Source of the DNA: an uncultured Alphaproteobacteria bacterium
Lineage (GTDB): Bacteria; Pseudomonadota; Alphaproteobacteria; Rs-D84
Reading direction: 5' to 3'
Length of the DNA stretch: 64,000 bases
Assembly: GCA_944389495.1 (NCBI GenBank)
Contig: CALXMN010000002.1
Span: 18,775-82,774 of the forward strand
Below the pieces are notes generated by a model. The model saw nothing but the letters and a program-made list of their open reading frames with translations, did not search any database and was not told where the DNA came from. The translations under genes and the position numbers were made by a program. Below are positions 1 through 10,809 of this stretch, in pieces (the stretch's first letter is position 1; each line of letters opens with the position of its first letter).

Positions 1-1151
1 GAATCAGTGGATTTTCGTTTGCCAACCTTGGGTTATTTACCGGGTTTGCAGACGGTATTTATAATGCCGTTTATTCATTGGTGTTAATGGAAATATTTGC
101 CAGTTCCGCAATCGTTGGTATCTATGTCGGCATATACGCCGCGTTTTGTATGCTTGTGGGGTTGTTCGCAAATGAAATTTTTCGCAGGTTTTCCAAGGTA
201 CGCGTGTTTTATTTTTCTATGCTGATGTTGGCGGTGTGCTATGCAATGATGAGTTTTTCAATCCGCCCCAGTACTTTTGTTATGTTGGATTATACAACCG
301 GTATTGCCATAACATTGGTCGGTGTATTAATTCCATTGTTTATGTCGGATTTTTCCGGCAAAGTTGGTATGGCACGCCTGAATTCGCGGTATCATTTATG
401 GATGAATGTGGGTGCGTTATTTGCGCCGATGATTGCCGTTGCAATTGCAAATCAGTTTGATAATCGGGCCGCGTTTTTTGCATCGGCCCTGATTTACTTT
501 GCGGGATGGATGGCGTTTAAGTTATTTCGCATAGTTCAAGAAGATAAAAAAATTAAACCCGTTAATCCACGTAAAACGGTTCGGGCGTTGTTCAAAAATG
601 CGGTGGCTTTTTTCCGGCGTCGCGGAATGTCACGTGCATATGCGGTGAATTTTGGGTATTATTCGTTGCGCGCAATGCGGTATTTGTATGTGCCAATCGT
701 TGTTATTGAAAATGGTTTTTCCAAGGATACATTGGGATGGGTGTTAACGTTGGGGATTATTCCGTATCTGATTTTATCTGAATTGATGGCTAAATTGGTG
801 CGGCGGTATGGAAAAAGAAAATGGTTGTTGATTGGTTTTTCTTCGTTTGCGATTTTATCCGCATTGGCGACATTTGTCACGGGATACCCGTTGTTGGCAA
901 TCTTTGTTATGTGGCAGGTGTCCGGTGCATTAATGGAATCTGTGCACGATTTATTATTCTTTGATACGGCGAAAAAGGCCGAACAGACTAAATTTTACGG
1001 TGTGTTTCGCACCAGTGTAAATTTACCAAATGTTGTCGCGCCAATATTGGGCGCGTTGTGCATTACTGTGTTTGGCGGAACGTCGGCGGTATGGGTGGTG
1101 ACGGCTGTGATTGGGGCTTTGTCGGCAATGTTGGTTGTTGCCAAAAAATAA
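1..1151 (+). CDS. Polytopic membrane transporter, probably MFS-type, 5'-partial. The frame starting at nt 3 is open from the window edge.
   Basis: A continuous ORF enters from upstream with no stop in frame from nt 3, and the first ATG is at 78. The translation has 10-12 hydrophobic helices typical of a major-facilitator-type permease. It ends at TAA 1149-1151. Confidence 0.45.
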   Translation, partial: ISGFSFANLGLFTGFADGIYNAVYSLVLMEIFASSAIVGIYVGIYAAFCMLVGLFANEIFRRFSKVRVFYFSMLMLAVCYAMMSFSIRPSTFVMLDYTTGIAITLVGVLIPLFMSDFSGKVGMARLNSRYHLWMNVGALFAPMIAVAIANQFDNRAAFFASALIYFAGWMAFKLFRIVQEDKKIKPVNPRKTVRALFKNAVAFFRRRGMSRAYAVNFGYYSLRAMRYLYVPIVVIENGFSKDTLGWVLTLGIIPYLILSELMAKLVRRYGKRKWLLIGFSSFAILSALATFVTGYPLLAIFVMWQVSGALMESVHDLLFFDTAKKAEQTKFYGVFRTSVNLPNVVAPILGALCITVFGGTSAVWVVTAVIGALSAMLVVAKK

Positions 1152-1240
1152 ATTTTGTCGCGTAATGGATGAAACTTATTTTCATTGCGTGTGAAATAAA
1201 TAATTTGTATGATTTTGCTGATAAGAAAAGGGGATTTTTT

Positions 1241-2338
1241 ATGGCGAAAAAGGAAAATGTCAAAGATTCAACCGCACCGGCAAAAAATCCGGCGTTGGAA
1301 TCTGCGTTGGCCCAAATTCAAAAGCAATTTGGGAAAGAGGCAATTATGAAAATGGGCGATGGATCCCAACAGAATATAGAGGCTATTTCATCCGGTTCGT
1401 TGGGGTTGGATATTGCATTGGGTATCGGTGGTTATCCACGTGGACGTATTGTTGAAATCTATGGCCCGGAAAGCAGTGGTAAAACAACGCTGGCGTTGCA
1501 CGCCGTGGCCGAGGCGCAAAAGAAAGGTGGAACCTGTGCATATATTGATGCAGAAAATGCGCTGGACCCATCGTATGCAAAAAAATTGGGTGTGGATGTT
1601 GCAAATCTGATTATATCACAACCCGATTCGGGCGAGCAGGCGTTGGAAATCGCAGATACTTTAATCAAGTCCGGTGCCGTTGATGTTGTGGTTATTGATT
1701 CGGTGGCGGCGTTGGTGCCCAAGGCCGAACTGGAGGGTAATATTGGCGATTCGTTCGTTGGTACAACCGCACGGTTGATGTCACAGAGTTTGAAAAAATT
1801 AGCAGGTTCTGTGTCGCGCAGTAATACGCTGTTAATCTTTATTAACCAAATTCGTATGAAAATTGGGGTTATGTTTGGTAATCCGGAAACAACGTCGGGT
1901 GGAAATGCGCTGAAATTCTATGCGTCGGTTCGTTTGGATATTCGCCGTACCGGACAAATCAAAGATAAAGAAAATATTATCGGTAATGAAACCAGGGTCA
2001 AGGTTGTAAAAAATAAAGTTGCGCCGCCGTTCCGTACAGTTGACTTTAAAATTATGTATGGCGAAGGTATTTCCCGCATCAGCGAAATTCTTGATATGGG
2101 TGTGAAATATGATTTGATTGAAAAGGCGGGCAGTTTTTATTCATACAATAATGAACGTATGGGCCAGGGGGAAAATAACGCGCGTCAATGGTTGCGCGAC
2201 CATCCAGATGCCCAACAGGAATTGTTGGATAAAATTATGGCGCGTGCAAACGGTATCGCCGAAGAAATGACGACCGGACCCGCCGATGATGATGATACGA
2301 TGGGACAAGATGCGGCGCCAACCGAAAACTTGGAATAA
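1241..2338 (+). CDS. recA: Recombinase RecA
   Basis: Walker A motif GPESSGKTT. The conserved RecA core is present ([23 protein letters not shown]) and the tail is acidic. The ATG at 1241 is preceded by AAAAGGGGA; the track ORF begins earlier at 1169. Confidence 0.95.
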   Translation: MAKKENVKDSTAPAKNPALESALAQIQKQFGKEAIMKMGDGSQQNIEAISSGSLGLDIALGIGGYPRGRIVEIYGPESSGKTTLALHAVAEAQKKGGTCAYIDAENALDPSYAKKLGVDVANLIISQPDSGEQALEIADTLIKSGAVDVVVIDSVAALVPKAELEGNIGDSFVGTTARLMSQSLKKLAGSVSRSNTLLIFINQIRMKIGVMFGNPETTSGGNALKFYASVRLDIRRTGQIKDKENIIGNETRVKVVKNKVAPPFRTVDFKIMYGEGISRISEILDMGVKYDLIEKAGSFYSYNNERMGQGENNARQWLRDHPDAQQELLDKIMARANGIAEEMTTGPADDDDTMGQDAAPTENLE

Positions 2339-2354
2339 AACACGGGGGTAATAA

Positions 2355-3263
2355 ATGGGCTTTGCCAGATTTTGTGCTTTGGCGGATATTGTTGTTTGTG
2401 GACATATATTAAACTGGTTCTGGCGTGACCGAAAAACGCGTCGGGCCATTCGCAGTGATGTTTTGTCCCGGGCAATACCGAAATACTTTAAACGATATTT
2501 GCCCGCCGCCGCCGCCGTAAAAGAACGTGACGTTGTTCATAATGATAAAAATGAAAAAATATGGACCTTGTGGTTACAGGGCGAAGACAAGGCCCCACCA
2601 TTGGTTCAGGCCTGTTTTCGATCTGTGCGAAAAAATTGTAAACAGGAACTGGTTGTGTTGGATGAAAAATCTGTGCGCGAGTATATAACTTTGCCGGATA
2701 TAATATGGAAAAAACGGGCCGCCGGTAAAATTAAAAATGCACATTTCGCAGATATTTGTCGGGTGGAACTGTTATATGAATATGGCGGTATATGGTTGGA
2801 TTCAACCGGATTCGCAACGGCGCCAATACCAGACTGGATTATTAAAGAAGATTTTTTTGTTTACTTGGCCGGCCAGCACGTAGGCAGTCCGTACAGTTTT
2901 ATGCAAAACTGTTTTATACGGGCACGGCGGGGGGCGTATTTGCTGGATGCGTGGCGGGCAATGATTTTGGATTACTGGGTTCACGAAAATCACAGTTTTG
3001 ATTATTTTATGCATCAATTGTTATTTAAAACATTGGTCTTGAATGATCCGCGCGCAAAAAAGTATTTTGCAAAAATGCCGCACATAGACCAAGACCCAAC
3101 ACACGCATTGTGGTGGAACTATGCGAATAAGCCATTTGACCAGAAGGTGTTTGATGATATTACGGCCGGGGCGTTTTTTCAAAAAACAACATATGCCCAG
3201 GCAAAAAATCCCCCAAAGGGCAGTTTCGCAGATGTAATGATAAATAAAATGTATAAAAATTGA
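2355..3263 (+). CDS. Capsular-polysaccharide-synthesis family glycosyltransferase (Caps_synth/GT32-like)
   Basis: IWTLWLQGED motif and a GGIWLDSTGF segment, both characteristic of the Caps_synth family. It is the first gene of a polysaccharide cluster. Confidence 0.45.
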   Translation: MGFARFCALADIVVCGHILNWFWRDRKTRRAIRSDVLSRAIPKYFKRYLPAAAAVKERDVVHNDKNEKIWTLWLQGEDKAPPLVQACFRSVRKNCKQELVVLDEKSVREYITLPDIIWKKRAAGKIKNAHFADICRVELLYEYGGIWLDSTGFATAPIPDWIIKEDFFVYLAGQHVGSPYSFMQNCFIRARRGAYLLDAWRAMILDYWVHENHSFDYFMHQLLFKTLVLNDPRAKKYFAKMPHIDQDPTHALWWNYANKPFDQKVFDDITAGAFFQKTTYAQAKNPPKGSFADVMINKMYKN

Positions 3264-3278
3264 ACAGGAGGTTTCCAT

Positions 3279-4304
3279 ATGCCGGCGATATCAGTTATTA
3301 TCCCAATATATAATGTTGAAAAATATTTGCGTCGGTGTTTGGATAGTGTTCTGAACCAAACTTTTTCAGATTGGGAGGTGATTTGTGTAAACGACGGCAG
3401 TCCAGATAACAGTGCCGCAATCTTGGATGAATATGCCAAACGTGATGGACGCTTTAAAATCGTTACCAAAGAAAATGGCGGTTTGTCGGATGCACGCAAT
3501 GCAGGAATGGCGGTTGCAAATGGTGATTTCGTTCTGTTTTTGGACAGTGATGATTTTATTCATCCGCAAACAATGGAAATTTCTTATTTCTTGGCAACGC
3601 GTGATGGGGCGGATATTGTGTCGTTTACCTATGACAGAATATATCGGCCACAGTTAATGGTGCGTCACGTATTAAAAATGGATACAGATAACGTTGTGCC
3701 GGCACGTATTAATAAAAAATATAATCCCGCAGGTGTGAAAACGCTTGTGACCGATGATATATATACATATGCCACAGAACGGGCACATAATGCATTTAAT
3801 CCGAAACGAAAATGGTTGGTTAAACATTGCCAGGTATGGAAAAATCTGTATCGGCGTGAATTAATTGCCGATACGCCTTTTATCAAAGGTATTTTATTTG
3901 AAGATTTTCCGTGGTGGTCGGCCATAATGCTGAAAAATCCGCGGGTAACAATTGCGCCGTTGCCGTTATATTTTTATGTTCCTAATTTTGGTGGAATTGT
4001 TTTGTCTGCAAAACAACTGCGAATTTTGCACAGTTTGTGTGATGGGATTTCAGACGCTTTTGTTCGGTACAAGAAATTTGCATCTGATTATCAAATGGAA
4101 AAATGGTCCAAAAACTTTAAATGGTATTTTATTAAGTGGGCATTTCGTAAAATAAAGTATATGGATAATCGTGCCGATTTAGATGCCGCACGTAAACGGT
4201 TCGTCGAACTGGAAAAAATGGGGGCGTTGGATAATCCGCCAACACGATGGGCACGACGGTTACGCTGTAAAATTTGTAGATTTATAAAAATCTGTAAAAA
4301 ATGA
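3279..4304 (+). CDS. Family 2 glycosyltransferase
   Basis: The N-terminus ISVIIPIYNVEKYL...NQTFSDWEVICVNDGSPD...LDSDD is the GT-A fold with a DxD motif. A strong SD (AGGAGG) lies at 3265-3272. Confidence 0.8.
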   Translation: MPAISVIIPIYNVEKYLRRCLDSVLNQTFSDWEVICVNDGSPDNSAAILDEYAKRDGRFKIVTKENGGLSDARNAGMAVANGDFVLFLDSDDFIHPQTMEISYFLATRDGADIVSFTYDRIYRPQLMVRHVLKMDTDNVVPARINKKYNPAGVKTLVTDDIYTYATERAHNAFNPKRKWLVKHCQVWKNLYRRELIADTPFIKGILFEDFPWWSAIMLKNPRVTIAPLPLYFYVPNFGGIVLSAKQLRILHSLCDGISDAFVRYKKFASDYQMEKWSKNFKWYFIKWAFRKIKYMDNRADLDAARKRFVELEKMGALDNPPTRWARRLRCKICRFIKICKK

Positions 4305-5443
4305 AAAAAATTCGTGTTGCTTTTTGTGTGCGTGATATGAAAGTTGGCGGTGTGGAATCTGTGCTGATTCGTACGCTGGATGAATTAATTAAAAATAAAA
4401 ATCTTGAAATTGTTGTTTTAACATATTCAAAAATAAAAGAACCCGTTTATCTGAAATGGTTTAAAGAACATCCAGGTGTACGGGTGTGCGCGCTTTATCC
4501 ATTAAAATGGTTGGGAACAGATTTGTCGCATTTCTTTCTTGTTCGTTTGATTCAGCACACGTGTCGTGATGTATATCGGTGGTGGCGGCGTATGTGGCAC
4601 GGGGTACGTGCGGCCGGCGATATAGATGTGTTCATTGATTATTATAACTTTTCATTTAATGCAGAATTCAGAAAAATAAAAAAGCCCAGGTTGATTTGGT
4701 GGCATTCTTCGATTAACAGTTTTGTGTCGGGAAATTATGTCAAGTATATGAATAATTATACGCGACTTATTGCTTTGACCGACGGATTCGTTGCAGATTT
4801 TAAAAAACTTTATCCAAAATATTCGAATAATGTAGTGCGAATTTATAATCCAATTGATTTGAAAAAAATTGTTGCCCAGTCGGATACAGGAATCAAACCA
4901 CGTGGAAAATATTTTGTATGTGTTTCGCGCCTGTATGCGGACAAGGATATTTCAACTTTGTTACGTGGTTTTGATATTTTTTGGAATAAAAATGGTCGGC
5001 CAAATGTAAAACTGTTTATCATTGGTGATGGCAGTTTTCGTGTGCGCTATGAACAATTGGCCGATTCGTTGTCTGCGGCAAAAAATATTGTTTTTACGGG
5101 GGCGTTATCAAATCCGTTCGGATATATGCGGGGCGCAATGGCAAACATTTTGTCCAGTTACAGCGAAGGTTTACCAACCGTATTAATAGAAGGTATTGCG
5201 GTAAATACTTTAAATATAGCATCTGATTGTAAAAATGGTCCGCGGGAAATTTTACTTGATGGGGCGGGGGGATTATTGTTTCAACCCGGAAATGCCGAAG
5301 ACTTATCAAAATGTATGTCGGATGTTTTTAATAACAGCATAAATGTAAAAAAAATGAAAAAAATTGCACGCGATGGTTTGGGGCGATTCGATTCAGATGT
5401 TATATCCGAACAAATTACAGATTTAATAAAATCATATTCCTGA
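4301..5443 (+). CDS. Family 4/1 glycosyltransferase (GT-B fold)
   Basis: The C-terminal half matches GT4 (S..EGLPTVLIEGIA, glycine-rich donor-binding segment). Its ATGA start overlaps the upstream GT2 gene. Confidence 0.65.
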   Translation: MKKIRVAFCVRDMKVGGVESVLIRTLDELIKNKNLEIVVLTYSKIKEPVYLKWFKEHPGVRVCALYPLKWLGTDLSHFFLVRLIQHTCRDVYRWWRRMWHGVRAAGDIDVFIDYYNFSFNAEFRKIKKPRLIWWHSSINSFVSGNYVKYMNNYTRLIALTDGFVADFKKLYPKYSNNVVRIYNPIDLKKIVAQSDTGIKPRGKYFVCVSRLYADKDISTLLRGFDIFWNKNGRPNVKLFIIGDGSFRVRYEQLADSLSAAKNIVFTGALSNPFGYMRGAMANILSSYSEGLPTVLIEGIAVNTLNIASDCKNGPREILLDGAGGLLFQPGNAEDLSKCMSDVFNNSINVKKMKKIARDGLGRFDSDVISEQITDLIKSYS

Positions 5444-6280
5444 TTTTTTAAAACGTGGCGGAATTTTTACCACGCGCTTTAACCCGAACATTCCCGGTTT
5501 GTCCGGTGCGTATATTGGACGAGCAAATGTTTGAATTACCCGGGCCCAGTGCAACCATTTTTGGCCGTGGGGTTTGTGCCGGGTTACCGTGTTAATTGTG
5601 CCGTTGCCGCGTCTTTGCAAATGGGCCAGCCAGTCCGCCCCACGGGCCGCAGCCTTGTGCACCAGCATTTGCATATCAACCGCTCCAAAGTGTAACAGGT
5701 ATAAATTTTTATCAATGTGAAAATTATGCCCGGATATACTGTGAAATCCGCGACCCCAATCAAGGGGGGCGGTTTTGACCACAGGCTTCGTATATCGGGT
5801 GGATAACAGGGCGTATTCGCGTTGGGATAAAATGGGGGCACGTTTATCCAATGTTTGTTCTGTTCGTATGTTTTGGCCAATATCCAGACCCAGCCCAGAT
5901 ACTGTATTTTTTATTTTTATTTCCGATAAATATTCGGCCAATGTTTTTTTTGTCGCTGGATCCACAACTAAAAATTCGTCACAGTCGCAACCAATTATAA
6001 TGTCGTATTGGTTAAGCAACTCGTTTGATAATTTGTTCATTAATCCGATGCGATATTTATCACCAATTGTGCGTGGCATATCTGTGTGTGGTAATTTTTT
6101 GATATGGGCCGCACCCACATTTTTGGGAACTTTCTGGTTCAGTCCGTCCAGATATATATACAGGTTTTCTGTACCAATTGCATCACCATAATATTTTATC
6201 CAACGGGTCAGAAAAAATTCATCGTTTCGTGCCATTGTTATGGCCGCAATTTTTTTAAGCCGGATTTTGTTTTGTGTCAT
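5432..6280 (-). CDS. Glycosyltransferase family 2-like (Glyco_tranf_2_4-type)
   Basis: The N-terminus IAAITMARNDEFFLTRWIKYYGDAIGTENLYIYLDG and the later CDCDEF motif fit Glyco_tranf_2_4. There is a 4-nt overlap with the upstream minus-strand gene. Confidence 0.45.
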   Translation of the reverse strand: MTQNKIRLKKIAAITMARNDEFFLTRWIKYYGDAIGTENLYIYLDGLNQKVPKNVGAAHIKKLPHTDMPRTIGDKYRIGLMNKLSNELLNQYDIIIGCDCDEFLVVDPATKKTLAEYLSEIKIKNTVSGLGLDIGQNIRTEQTLDKRAPILSQREYALLSTRYTKPVVKTAPLDWGRGFHSISGHNFHIDKNLYLLHFGAVDMQMLVHKAAARGADWLAHLQRRGNGTINTVTRHKPHGQKWLHWARVIQTFARPIYAPDKPGMFGLKRVVKIPPRFKKSGI

Positions 6281-7140
6281 AGTTTTTCCGTACGGATCTT
6301 TTTTATAAAGTATTTTATATTTCTTGATATTATTTTAATCGGATTTTTTGTCAAAAGCCAGTTTATATATTCCGGGCCATATGTTTCGCGGGCATCATAT
6401 AAAATCGAATCGCGTGCGGACCGGTTGGTGTGATTTAATACGTACAAAATCTGCCCCCCAAGTCGGCCGTTGTGACGGGTAAATGCCGCACGTTTAATAA
6501 ATGGCACTTTTGCGCGATATAAATGTTTTACATTATTATAAATGCTGCGCCCAGATGCAGAAAACAGGCATTTCCACGTAATGTGATGTTCGTTTAACAG
6601 GCGGGTAAAACCCTGTTCATACAGGTATGTGATTGCACCCTTGTTGGGCTGTTGTGTAACAGATGTAATAAATTTGTCAAACCAATCGGATGTAAATACT
6701 GCACGTCGCATCCCAATAAACCAGGATTGAATATGGGGATGCTTTTTATGGGGATTATATACCAGACCAAATGCATCTGTATTAAAAGATTCCATTTTCT
6801 GTAAATATGGCTTGATTGGATACAGGGGGCCATATACCGAATCGTTTATTAAATATATAATATCGTATTTTTGTAAAATCCCCGTGTCCCGCGCATAGGT
6901 GTATGCACGCTTGTACGAGCCAAAGTCATATTCGCCGTGACGTTGTGCCCCGGAATGTATTACATATTTTGAAATTTTGGCCAATTCTGTATCAGGTGTA
7001 TCGTTGTCCATAAATAAAATAACATCGCCATATTGTGCAAACTGTTTTATCATATACACCAATGACGAATTAATTTTATTTTGTGCGCTGTATCCCGCCA
7101 TCAAGAAAAGACGCCTAATAGTACTAGAATTTTTTTTCAT
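6277..7140 (-). CDS. Polysaccharide biosynthesis protein, rhamnan-synthesis-F (RgpF)-like glycosyltransferase (tentative)
   Basis: Soluble 287-aa protein with a HGEYDFGSYKRAY segment and overall similarity to RgpF/WbbX-type enzymes. It is co-directional with and translationally coupled to 5432..6280. Confidence 0.4.
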   Translation of the reverse strand: MKKNSSTIRRLFLMAGYSAQNKINSSLVYMIKQFAQYGDVILFMDNDTPDTELAKISKYVIHSGAQRHGEYDFGSYKRAYTYARDTGILQKYDIIYLINDSVYGPLYPIKPYLQKMESFNTDAFGLVYNPHKKHPHIQSWFIGMRRAVFTSDWFDKFITSVTQQPNKGAITYLYEQGFTRLLNEHHITWKCLFSASGRSIYNNVKHLYRAKVPFIKRAAFTRHNGRLGGQILYVLNHTNRSARDSILYDARETYGPEYINWLLTKNPIKIISRNIKYFIKKIRTEKL

Positions 7141-7188
7141 AACTGCTTATAATTTTTACATATATTTTATTTTTTTCAAGGATCAAAA

Positions 7189-8382
7189 ATGCTTGTGAAA
7201 TTTTATGCACCAAATTCATATAAACGGAAATGTATGGCGCGGGCACGTGTGCAACATAAAATAAATGTAAATATAGATTGTATACCTGGGGGAACCATTG
7301 TTAATTCATATGAGCACGGATTCGGTGTTTTTGACGGCAATGGAAATTTTATTGATGCCAGTCGGCAAATGCGCGGCAAAAATTGTCAGTTTATACCAAA
7401 ATTTGTGCCGGATGAAAAAACGCCCTTTGTTGACGCCGATGTAATTTATTTTGGGAATGTGTATCCGCATTTTGGACACTTTTTATTGGAACATATGAAC
7501 AGGGCATACGGATTATTGGCGGATGGTATGCGCGATTTGTCAATTGTTTTGGTGAATAATCAAAATATTAATCCGGTGCCGAAATATATTTATGATTTGC
7601 TGGATGCGTTGGGTGTGTCGCGTGATAGGATAATTATTTTGAACGAAACGAAAAAATTCAGAAAAGTGTATATCCCGCATCAGTCTTTTAATATCCCATT
7701 TTATTATGCGGATGAGTTTAGTAAACCTTTTGAATATATGGCCGCGCGGACGAATGGGGTGGGGGACGATAAAATTTATGTGTCGCGTGCGAAATTAAAA
7801 TCTGGACGTACATATGGCGAAGAAGGTATACAGCAAATATTTGCTAAAAATGGCTTTCGTGTTATTTATCCCGAAACAATGCCGCTTGTCGAACAAATCA
7901 GTTTTATGAAAAATTGTCGTGTGTTGGCGGGATGTGCGGGTACCGCATTACATTTGGCGTTGTTTATGCCACGTGGCGGCACAGTTATACAAATAAAACG
8001 CAATCGAATATCCAGGGATAATTTTGATATTCAAAATATGATAAATTCTGTAAAAAATTTTAATTCGTATTATGTTGCTGCATCGGTTGAGCGGGTTCGT
8101 ACGTCACACAGCACCGTTATGCCACAAATAATCGGACTGACAAAATATATGAAAAAATTTTTTGATGATAATAATTTTGCATATTCACCAGATGCACAAA
8201 TTCCAAATGATGCCGATTGGCGTGACTATAGAATCGCAATGGAAAAATTTAAAGCCGCCAGCAGTTCACCATTTATTTATAAATTTAAAGATTTAATGAT
8301 AAAACTGATGGCGTGCTTTATTATTGGACGCGAACGTCGTGGACGTTTTCGTAAATATATGAAAACGCATTGGCGGGACTAG
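7189..8382 (+). CDS. DUF563/GT61-family glycosyltransferase
   Basis: The HFGHFLLEHMNRAY motif is typical of the GT61/DUF563 capsular glycosyltransferases. It is transcribed divergently from the minus-strand GT pair. Confidence 0.5.
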   Translation: MLVKFYAPNSYKRKCMARARVQHKINVNIDCIPGGTIVNSYEHGFGVFDGNGNFIDASRQMRGKNCQFIPKFVPDEKTPFVDADVIYFGNVYPHFGHFLLEHMNRAYGLLADGMRDLSIVLVNNQNINPVPKYIYDLLDALGVSRDRIIILNETKKFRKVYIPHQSFNIPFYYADEFSKPFEYMAARTNGVGDDKIYVSRAKLKSGRTYGEEGIQQIFAKNGFRVIYPETMPLVEQISFMKNCRVLAGCAGTALHLALFMPRGGTVIQIKRNRISRDNFDIQNMINSVKNFNSYYVAASVERVRTSHSTVMPQIIGLTKYMKKFFDDNNFAYSPDAQIPNDADWRDYRIAMEKFKAASSSPFIYKFKDLMIKLMACFIIGRERRGRFRKYMKTHWRD

Positions 8383-10211
8383 ATATCCGTGTTTTTGCGC
8401 GTTTTCTTTCTGATATTACTGTCCAGTTCTTTTTTACGCAGACGAATCGTTGCGGGTGTTACCTCTACTAATTCATCGTCTTGGATATAGGATAAAGATT
8501 CTTCCAGTGACATTTTACGTGGCGGTGCCAAGAACAATTTTTCATCCGCGGTAACAGATCGTACATTGGTTAATTCTTTGCCGCGTACCGGATTTACCTC
8601 TAAATCATTTTCCTTGCTGTGTTCGCCAATAATCATACCGGAATAAACCTCGGTCTGGGGACCGACAAACAGTACGCCGCGTGGTTCCAGATTATGCAGT
8701 GCGTATGTTGTTGTAACACCGCTTTCCATAGATACTAATACGCCCGGTCGATATTGGGATATTGGTCCCCGATACGGTTCGTACCCGGAAAATACGCGGT
8801 TCATAACACCCGTGCCGCGTGTGTCGGTGCGGAATTCCGATAGATATCCAATTAAGCCACGGGACGGGGCGGAAAATACTATACGTGTTTTGCCGCCACC
8901 GGACGCCTTCATTTCGGTTATTTGTGCCTTGCGTTTGGTCATTTTTTCAATGACAACACCGGAAAATTCGTCATCAACGTCAATAACAACTTCTTCGATT
9001 GGTTCTAGTTTTTCGCCATTTTCATCGTCCTGCATAACAACACGTGGGCGCGAAACGCTAAGTTCAAAGCCTTCGCGACGCATTGTTTCGATTAATATGC
9101 CCAACTGTAATTCGCCGCGACCAGAAACCTCGAACGATTCGTTGTTGGCGCTTTGGGTGACGCGCAGGGCGATGTTTGTTTCGGCCTCTTTAAATAATCT
9201 TTCACCAATCATACGCGATGTTAATTTTTTGCCCGATTTGCCGGCCAGTGGTGATGTGTTTACAAAAAATGTCATCGTCAGGGTTGGCGGATCAATCGGC
9301 ATCGCAGGAATAGGTTCTGTAACCTCGGGTGCGCACAATGTATCTGCAACGGTTGCACGCGAAAATCCCGCGACCACCACAATATCACCCGCAGATGCAG
9401 ATTCCAATGATACTTTTTCAATGCCGCGATGCTCGATAATTTTTGTGATTTTTGCGTTTTCAACCAATTCGCCGCGCATATTAATTGCCTTGACCGTTTG
9501 GCCAACGCGGACGGTTCCCGATTCGATTTTTCCCGTTAAAATACGGCCAACGTATGGATCGGCCTCTAACGTGGTGGCCAACATAGAAAATGGTGCATCA
9601 ATTTGACAACGGCTGCCGTTGCAATCGGGGGCGGGAACGTGGTCAATAATTAATTGGAACAGTGGGGTTAAATCGCGATGTTCATCATCCAGATTACGTA
9701 CCGCCCATCCATCACGACCAACGGCAAATAAATATGGGAAATCTAATTGCGAATCGGTTGCACCCAATTTATCAAACAGGTCAAAGGTTTCATTTAAAAC
9801 TTCGTCCGGGCGGGCGTCGGCACGATCGACCTTGTTAATACAAACAATAGGGCGCAGCCCAAGTTTTAATGCCTTGCTTAAAACAAACTTGGTCTGGGGC
9901 AGGGGACCTTCGGCCGCATCGACCAATAATACAACCCCGTCAACCATTGATAAAATACGTTCCACTTCGCCACCAAAGTCGGCGTGCCCCGGTGTATCGA
10001 CAATATTTATTTTATAATCTTGCCACTGGATAGAGGTTGGTTTTGCCGAAATGGTAATTCCGCGTTCGCGTTCAATATCACCACTGTCCATAACGCGTTC
10101 GGCAACCTTTTCATTTGCACGAAATGTACCAGATTGCTTTAACATATTATCAACCAATGTCGTTTTTCCGTGGTCAACGTGTGCAATAATTGCAATATTT
10201 CTTATTTTCAT
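8379..10211 (-). CDS. typA: Translational GTPase TypA/BipA
   Basis: NIAIIAHVDHGKTTL, DTPGHADFGGEV and NKVDR GTPase motifs. It is EF-G-like in length with the TypA C-terminal domain. The track ORF starts 2 codons earlier at 10217. Confidence 0.95.
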   Translation of the reverse strand: MKIRNIAIIAHVDHGKTTLVDNMLKQSGTFRANEKVAERVMDSGDIERERGITISAKPTSIQWQDYKINIVDTPGHADFGGEVERILSMVDGVVLLVDAAEGPLPQTKFVLSKALKLGLRPIVCINKVDRADARPDEVLNETFDLFDKLGATDSQLDFPYLFAVGRDGWAVRNLDDEHRDLTPLFQLIIDHVPAPDCNGSRCQIDAPFSMLATTLEADPYVGRILTGKIESGTVRVGQTVKAINMRGELVENAKITKIIEHRGIEKVSLESASAGDIVVVAGFSRATVADTLCAPEVTEPIPAMPIDPPTLTMTFFVNTSPLAGKSGKKLTSRMIGERLFKEAETNIALRVTQSANNESFEVSGRGELQLGILIETMRREGFELSVSRPRVVMQDDENGEKLEPIEEVVIDVDDEFSGVVIEKMTKRKAQITEMKASGGGKTRIVFSAPSRGLIGYLSEFRTDTRGTGVMNRVFSGYEPYRGPISQYRPGVLVSMESGVTTTYALHNLEPRGVLFVGPQTEVYSGMIIGEHSKENDLEVNPVRGKELTNVRSVTADEKLFLAPPRKMSLEESLSYIQDDELVEVTPATIRLRKKELDSNIRKKTRKNTDI

Positions 10212-10365
10212 AACCATTGATTATTAACCCCGTATACTGAAATTTTCGTAACCACTAGATTATACTATATTTTCATATTTTCAACAAATATATGTACAAA
10301 TATTGACGTTTGGACATATTTACATATAATAAAACTATACAGTTTATAAATAAGGAACAAAATCA

Positions 10366-10806
10366 ATGATTGATTATGATGCGACGTTGCAAAGTTTCTT
10401 TGCCGAGTGTGTAAAATTTTTGGAAAATCGCAGGTCAAAGGTACAGGACCAAGCAGATAAAGATAAAATAAATATTGCCATTAACATCGTGCGCCGTGTT
10501 GCGGGAAACCCCGTAAAATATGCTGATTACAGTGTGCGGGTTGCAAATGGTTTGGAAAATTGTGATGTGGGGTACGCGTTTGGTTTATATTCAATGGGCG
10601 TGTTTTCAATGTATAAAAATGTTTTGCATCATATGGGCGAATTAAACAGTCGTTTTTATTATCGTCAGGCGTTGGCACGGCAAACTTTGTTGAACGCATT
10701 GAAAAGCATAAAATATAAAAACGATAAAAATATCTTAAAGGATTTTTATTTCCCGTTTATGTCGCCGAATAAATTTGCGGTTAAAATTCAACAAAAACAA
10801 AGATAA
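10366..10806 (+). CDS. Hypothetical protein (146 aa), no recognisable family
   Basis: Clean ORF with an ATG start, followed directly by a strong bidirectional terminator. Confidence 0.35.
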   Translation: MIDYDATLQSFFAECVKFLENRRSKVQDQADKDKINIAINIVRRVAGNPVKYADYSVRVANGLENCDVGYAFGLYSMGVFSMYKNVLHHMGELNSRFYYRQALARQTLLNALKSIKYKNDKNILKDFYFPFMSPNKFAVKIQQKQR

Positions 10807-10809
10807 TAA

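Noticed and set aside
1152-1240. Looked for an SOS/LexA operator (gammaproteobacterial CTGT-N8-ACAG or alphaproteobacterial GAAC-N7-GAAC/GTTC-N7-GTTC) upstream of recA
   Set aside because: No match to either consensus in the 89-bp upstream region. Only a GAAAC/TTTCA half-site-like fragment is present, which is not enough to call an operator.
8812-9606. 264-aa plus-strand ORF, and the 9619..10017 ORF, inside typA
   Set aside because: They are antisense to the highly conserved typA coding sequence. The translations are Ser/Thr-rich, which is typical of the reverse frame of a GTPase gene.
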